Below are positions 57,682 to 64,000 of a stretch of DNA of 64,000 nt, piece after piece; within the stretch, counting starts at the first letter, position 1, and every line of letters begins with the position of its first letter. This DNA comes from Octopus vulgaris. Its lineage: Eukaryota. The stretch spans positions 29,884,001 to 29,948,000 of the forward strand of contig OX597838.1 in the NCBI GenBank assembly GCA_951406725.2, given 5' to 3'. The translations under genes and the position numbers were made by a program. The notes beneath the pieces are model-generated. The model saw only the letters and a program-made list of their open reading frames with translations. It had not been told where the DNA came from and did not search any database.

Positions 57682-58753
57682 ATATATATATATATATATA
57701 TATATATCTTGCTCATCATAAGACCTGCAATTAAAGGATAGCAGTGTTATATTTCGTATTTAATACTCTCTATCCTCACCATTTCTCTTTTGCCAGTCAT
57801 CACTCCCTCTCCCCTAGGTCATATATTATTGACATCCATCACTTTTCCTTCACAATTGTCCACCTCCATTACTATCCATTATACACTCTCTCTTTCTCTC
57901 CTACCACCCCCTCACTCTGATGTGCCTACCCTCACATTTTTGCCTATTAAATGATTGTGTGTGTCTTTTGGTGGAAGACACACACATGGGTACGTATAAC
58001 TAATGAACCTGTTAGTTTTGAAAATATCTGGCAGTTTGCCTTGTCAGTTTTCTAAATATAGCGAATCAATGATTGGCCCATTGCAGATCATGTGACCCTT
58101 GGTATAAACGAACAAATACTATTCAGTGAGGTGATTGACTGAGCAATATTATTGTACATTAGTACCAATAACCTATCCTGCTGATGCCAAGTGACTGATA
58201 AATTATCTTGTGGAGATAATAATAGAACTGTTATGGTTAAAATAGAGAACAGGGTGGCACAATTGGGAGAAAATACCTCATCAAATTCTGGGTTCACATC
58301 CTTCCCAGCACCACATTGGTTTTCATTCTTATGAGATTGGTAAAATATGTCCAGGACTTCTATACATTCCATGAGTCTCTGGGTGTGCATCTGGAAAGTT
58401 TCTTCCTAAAGCACAAGTCCAGACTAAGTTTTAAAAAAAAAAAAATCTTATATTATCATCATCATCATCATCACTACTATCATTGGTCTGATCTGGCCAA
58501 TTTGAATCTAAAACTGGTAGAATATTGGGGTCATATATAGTCTGGACTGTTTAAATGATATGTCCTTTATGATTTGAGGGTATCTGACTGCTATTTCTAG
58601 CAGGTTGATTGCCTGATTAGAGCAATGGTTCTTGGCCTTTTTAATATCCAAGCCAAATCCAAAACCTGGATTTCTTTTTAAGGGGTCACACCAAAATAAA
58701 TAAAACAAGTGAATTAAAGAAAAAATTATATTTATAGAGGGAAAACTTTAGAG

Positions 58754-58891
58754 CAGAGGTTCTCAAACTTTTTGGGCCACTGCCCGCCTCATGGCCACTT
58801 TGAGAACCTATGGTTTAGAGGCTCCTGGAAGCGTGTTTGAAGCATCCTGGATGCCATCTGTGGCCCTGGGGGCTGCAGTTGAAGACCCCTG
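58754..58891. mobile_element. hAT-like MITE
   Basis: Ends CAGAGGTTCTCAA...TTGAAGACCCCTG with an imperfect TSD. Confidence 0.55.
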
Positions 58892-61800
58892 TGCTTAGAG
58901 ACTCCCTTGTTTGGTTGAATCTGAGCAGTTAATTAACTCATACTGAAAGAAATCCTTGTTACTGTTCAGCTTTAATTATTCAGCCTTGTTAATTGTATTT
59001 CAAATAAACAATTCATCTCGAGGGATCAAAGATCTTTCTAGATAATAAATCACAGATAAAAGTTTGTTTATCAATCACCTACTATTCATTATTTCTATTT
59101 TGTTTTTCCTCTCTCTCTTTTTTTTCTCTCACAAACACCTCAAGGTCTCTCCCTCCTCATCCCACCCCTCCGCCCCAGCTGATTCTCCTTCCTCTGTTTC
59201 CTTCATTGTCTGTCTGTTTGTCACTGTGTCCACTGGATTAAACACGCTGCTCTTTCATTGTGGTGGTATCATAATGGCAGGCGTTTACAATCAACTTTTG
59301 CTTTTCTTACAGTCTGGTAGGTGCAAATATTTGTCTTCAATGGTTCTTTTTACCCGGCCCTTTTTCTTTATATATATATATGTATGTTTTATTTTTGGAA
59401 ATACTATAGTATTTCTGATTTTGATAATCAGTGAATAGACTTCACTGAAATTTAGATATATACATTACGAGTCGAGGCAGATGTCAACAGCTGACCGGTG
59501 TCTGCTAGTCTAGGCCGACGAAGGACAATCATCCTGAAACCCGTGTCCCTAGATGCAGCCCGGGCGGCTGGGGATATTTGTCTCCCCTTCGTAAATGTAT
59601 ATAAGGACACAGGAAAAATGTGTCAAAGCCATCAGGAGGCGTTGATGCTTCCTAGGGCTAAACAGCGGTGGTGCACCCCCCTACTGTCACGTTCGTGTTA
59701 GATTGACAGTATACAACCATTCTGTTTTATTTTTGTTGTTCAGAAAAAGTTTGTTTTTGGGTTCATTGGTGTATGTATTTTTTTCTATGACAAGACACTG
59801 TTCCTGTCCCTCTTTCCTATTTTAGTCCCTATACACCAGGCACATACCACCTTCCTTTTCTACACCCTCTCCCACTCACATTACTCAGGGATTCCACTGG
59901 TGCTGGTGTCATTGAAAAAAAAAAAAAGCACCCAGTACACTCTGTGAAATGGTTCGCTTTAGGAAGGGCATCCAGGTTGCCCAAGAAGAGTAGTGGGGAC
60001 CAAAACAGGCTTCAGGCTAATCAGATCCTATTGAGTTGTCCAAATTGTGCCTCCGTGGCCCTGACCCTCCGCAGTTACAATGCCAAACGTTCCAGTTGAT
60101 CTGATTGATGAATCAGTCTGGTCATGAAATTAATGTGCAAGTGGCTGAGTATTCCACAGGCATGTTTACCCTTAACAGAGTTCTGAGGGAGATTCAGTGA
60201 GACACAGTGTGTGACAAGGCTGTCCCCCTTTGAATTACAGGTACTGCTCATTTTTGCCAGCTGAGTGGACTGGAGCAATGTGAAATAAAGTGTCTTGCCC
60301 AAGGATACACTATGCTACTGGGAATTGTACTTGTGACCTTGCAGTCATGAGCTGAATACCCTAACCATAATGTCACATACCCACATACCCATGAACATGG
60401 ACAATAAGCAATGGGGAGGATGGTCGAGTGATTTAATCATTTTAACATCTACTTTTTAATGTCTGCATGGGTCAGATGGAGATTATTGCCGCAGATTTTC
60501 CAGAACTGGATGCTGTTCGCTTTTGCCAACCCTTACCTGATTCCAAGTCAGGTAATATTTCCCCTAATCTTATTCAACCTGAAGAACTCAATGACCAGGT
60601 TGATTTTGCAGAAGATTGAAAAAGAAATTAGGGCATTGCTTGGCCTGAGGCTAAAGTACAGGATGTTTGGCCAGAAGTGCCACACATTGGGGTTGAACAC
60701 GAAACCTTGTGGTTATGAAACAGATTTCTTAACCACACAAGCACTGCATCTTTGTATGTGACCATGTGTGCACACAAGCGTGAATGCACTTGCTTGCTGA
60801 CTGACTGACCGACCGACTGACTCGCTCGCTCGGTTGGTCGTGTGGTCAAGGAGTTTGCTTTCCAGTCTCCATCCCCACATGGTTTTAGGTTCAAATCCCG
60901 CACTGCATGGCCCCTTGGCCAAGTGCCTTCTTCTATACACCCTCAGACTGACCAAAAGCCTTGTCAGTACATACATAAAATAGTGGTGGCACTAGTGAAG
61001 GGGAGGGTTAACATTTGAAAGCCTTCCTTCCTAGTTTAAGTCTGAACTCTGTCCCATCTCTGTCACCCCCCCATGCCCTTCTCCATGCCTTTACCTAATC
61101 TCTCGTCTCTCACTTCTCTTTTGACTCTTTAGTATAAATAAGGATGTGTTTTGGGAGAGGAGGGCCATTACTGATAAGAGATTATCTTCGACACTATTGT
61201 CATAATCTACTATAATAATACTCTTGTGTTTTTCTCCGTCACATCATATGAATGAGAAAGGAAGGGGTGATGGTTAACTTGGTAGTGGGATGATGGAAAT
61301 TCTACGGAGGAAAAAGAAAATCAAACAGCGTTTCGATTCTGAGTAGACGTGTGTGTGTGTGTGTGTGCAACTAATTTACATATTCACAAACTCTAACAAC
61401 TGTCTTGTATTAATCCTTTGGAATTAAAACCAACCATGTCCAACCCAGATATTCTACCTGTTTTATGTTCCAAACCAGTCAGATCTGGCTTCTCACACCT
61501 ACCCTACAATGTCATTCTAAAAATAAACAATCACATCACATGGTCACATACAAAGATGCAGTGCTTGTGTGGTTAAGAAATCTGTTTCGCAACCACAAGG
61601 TTTCATGTTCAACCCCAATGTGTGGCACCTCTGGCCAAATATCCTGTACTTTAGCCTCAGGCCAACCAATGCCCTAATTTCTTTTTCAATCTTCTTCTGC
61701 AAAATCAACCTGGCCATTGAATTCTTCAGGTTGAATAAGATTAGGGTAAATATTACTCTTAGACAATGTATGATTAATTCAAAACAATGTGAATAAATAA

Positions 61801-61942
61801 GAATAAATTTGACAAAGAAATCTGAAATCTGAAGGGTTAATGGAAGACCCATTCCTTGTTTCTGTCCCTCATAACTCTGTTGTTGTTATGTTGGAGTATA
61901 AATGATGCCAGTCGAATTAATTGCCTGTTAAATTTGTTTCAG

Positions 61943-62121
61943 ATTTTGGTATGGCAGCCATCATTGTCATTTGTGTTGGTTTCCTGCTCTTCATGATCAT
62001 CTTGGGTGTCATTCGGATCCGTGCGGCCCACAAACGAACCCAGGTGGTTGCTGTAGATGAGAAGCAGGAAATGGAATGGGATAACTCTGCACTTAACATC
62101 ACTGTGAATCCCATGGATCAG
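61943..62121 (+). CDS. CLSTN1: Calsyntenin exon (TM helix, first W-acidic motif, NP motif)
   Basis: TCAG acceptor, GTAAG donor. Encodes AAIIVICVGFLLFMIILGVIRIRAAH..EMEWDNSALNITVNPM. Confidence 0.97.
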
Positions 62122-62152
62122 GTAAGACGACATGGTCTGCATGGTTCTGTGA

Positions 62153-62770
62153 GTGCCCGAGTGTCTGAATGCCCAAGTGTCTGAATGCCCGAGTGTCTGA
62201 ATGCCCGAGTGTCTGAATGCCCGAGTGTCTGAATGCCCGAGTGTCTGAATGCCCGAGTGTCTGAATGCCCGAGTGTCTGAATGCCCGAGTGTCTGAATGC
62301 CCGAGTGTCTGAATGCCCGAGTGTCTGAATGCCCGAGTGTCTGAATGCCCGAGTGTCTGAATGCCCGAGTGTCTGAATGCCCGAGTGTCTGAATGCCCGA
62401 GTGTCTGAATGCCCGAGTGTCTGAATGCCCGAGTGTCTGAATGCCCGAGTGTCTGAATGCCCGAGTGTCTGAATGCCCGAGTGTCTGAATGCCCGAGTGT
62501 CCGAATGCCCGAGTGTCTGAATGCCCGAGTGTCTGAATGCCCGAGTGTCCGAATGCCCGAGTGTCCGAATGCCCGAGTGTCCGAATGCCCGAGTGTCCGA
62601 ATGCCCGAGTGTCTGAATGCCCGAGTGTCTGAATGCCCGAGTGTCCGAATGCCCGAGTGTCCGAATGCCCGAGTGTCCGAATGCCCGAGTGTCCGAATGC
62701 CCGAGTGTCCGAGTGTCCGAATGCCCGAGTGTCCGAATGCCCGAGTGTCCGAATGCCCGAGTGTCTGAGT
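62153..62770. repeat. 16-bp minisatellite, about 38 copies
   Basis: Unit GAGTGTC(T/C)GAATGCCC. Confidence 0.97.
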
Positions 62771-63053
62771 GCATAATTTTTTGTTACAACTATTGAAGTA
62801 CATCCCTTTCAGAATATATCCATTCTACCAATATTACCCTAAAATCCCTGCCCCTAGAAACTTTCCAGAGGTACCAGGTGTTGCCATAAGTTGTTTTAAA
62901 AATTATTTTTGGTTAAAATTTTGACATTTACTTCCCACCGTCTCTCCCACACTATTTGTACTCTTTTTATATATATTTTTATATACTATATATGTTATAT
63001 ATATATATTTATATACATATGTATTTTATATATATTTTTATATACTATATTTG

Positions 63054-63086
<33 letters not shown>

Positions 63087-63087
63087 G

Positions 63088-63345
63088 CTGGCTGGCTGGA
63101 TCACCGTCATTATCTCCCTTTCGCTTAGCTTCTTTCTTCCAGTCATTTCATTATGTCGAACCATTAGTCCTTAACACATTATTTTCCATTCTCTCTCCAT
63201 CTTTTCCTCCTGATCCTTTCTGTCGAAGAGCATAGGCTCGAAACGTAAAAGACTTTTCCGTTCTTCCCAAGGGCATTAAACTAATACACCTGCTTGTTCT
63301 TCCTACACCTATCTTTGTCTTTTTGTGTTCTGTAAATTTGAACTA
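63088..63345 (+). mobile_element. Penelope-like terminal-repeat remnant with variant hammerhead-like motif
   Basis: CTTT-CTGTCGAA-GAGC(ATAG)GCTC-GAAACGTA-AAAG at 63216-63251. It is related to 17689-17850. Confidence 0.45.
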
Positions 63346-63448
63346 TATATATATATATATATACACACATATATATATATGTTTATTTATTTATTTTTTT
63401 ATACATTTATTCTCATTTTGTTTTTCTCCTTCTTTCCATTTCCTCCAG

Positions 63449-63625
63449 CCTTATGATAGAGGTGACAGTGCCATGCAAGCATTACGTGTTGCCGACAGCG
63501 ATTCTGATGATGATGATGACGACACGTGTCATGACAGCTCCGAGGAGGAAGCAATGGAGAAAGGCACCGCTCCGACCAAAGTCGGTCGGGAGCTTGAGTG
63601 GGACGATTCCATCTTGTCTTTCTAA
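63449..63625 (+). CDS. CLSTN1: Calsyntenin last coding exon (acidic stretch, second W-acidic motif, stop)
   Basis: CCAG acceptor. Encodes ..DSDSDDDDDD..SSEEE..RELEWDDSILSF*, which matches the calsyntenin C-terminus LEWDDS.L. Confidence 0.96.
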   Translation, partial: PYDRGDSAMQALRVADSDSDDDDDDTCHDSSEEEAMEKGTAPTKVGRELEWDDSILSF

Positions 63626-64000
63626 GCATGTGGAATATTTGTATGTATGTATGTATGTATGTACATATGTATATGCGTGTGTTTGTCATGTGGGAGGGAT
63701 GCACGCACACACATACATACTCATGCACACACATACACACACATATACACAAACACACACACACATGTGCATGCACATATATGAAACAGTAAGGAAGAAG
63801 AAAAAAAAAACGTAAAAACAAACAAAGATGATTGGAAAATAAGAAGAAAAAGCCTCTACAAAAACATTCTCAAAATTTAAAGAATGAAAATAAGCAAGAA
63901 CTTATACACACACACACACACATGCACGCACACACATCATATTACACACTCACACACACACATTACTAACAACAGCGGCACTACCACCAACCAAACATAC

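Noticed and set aside
62099-62803. Repetitive minus-strand ORFs (HSDTRAFRHSGIQTLG)n, and a possible CRISPR-like array
   Set aside because: This is a 16-bp tandem minisatellite with no unique spacers, in a eukaryotic intron.

Overview
AT-rich, repeat-dense eukaryotic DNA. The SINE, MITE and microsatellite content suggests a coleoid cephalopod, probably Octopus; this is an inference. The window holds 15 plus-strand coding exons (32163-63625) of a calsyntenin (CLSTN/alcadein) gene: two cadherin repeats, a LamG/LNS domain, a TM helix, and a cytoplasmic tail with two W-acidic motifs and an NP motif. All exons have GT-AG boundaries with compatible phases, giving about 965 codons. The signal-peptide exon was not found, so bases 1-32162 are probably a very large 5' intron. 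The introns carry tRNA-derived SINEs, mariner/hAT/pogo/piggyBac-like DNA elements, L1/Tx1-type LINE fragments, Penelope-like remnants and giant microsatellites. The most unusual structures are: (1) a fold-back GAPDH 3'-end pseudogene (29597-30507) whose left arm is interrupted by near-identical inverted copies of neighbouring DNA; (2) a second local inverted templated insertion just upstream of the TM exon; (3) several hammerhead-ribozyme-like motifs, one on the sense strand with a GUC site; (4) a hairpin-headed element with tandem GA mismatches and three ERE-like/CCAAT repeats; (5) a tandem array of branch-point-like motifs in a 465-nt AG-free zone. Coordinates were read by eye and repeat boundaries are approximate.
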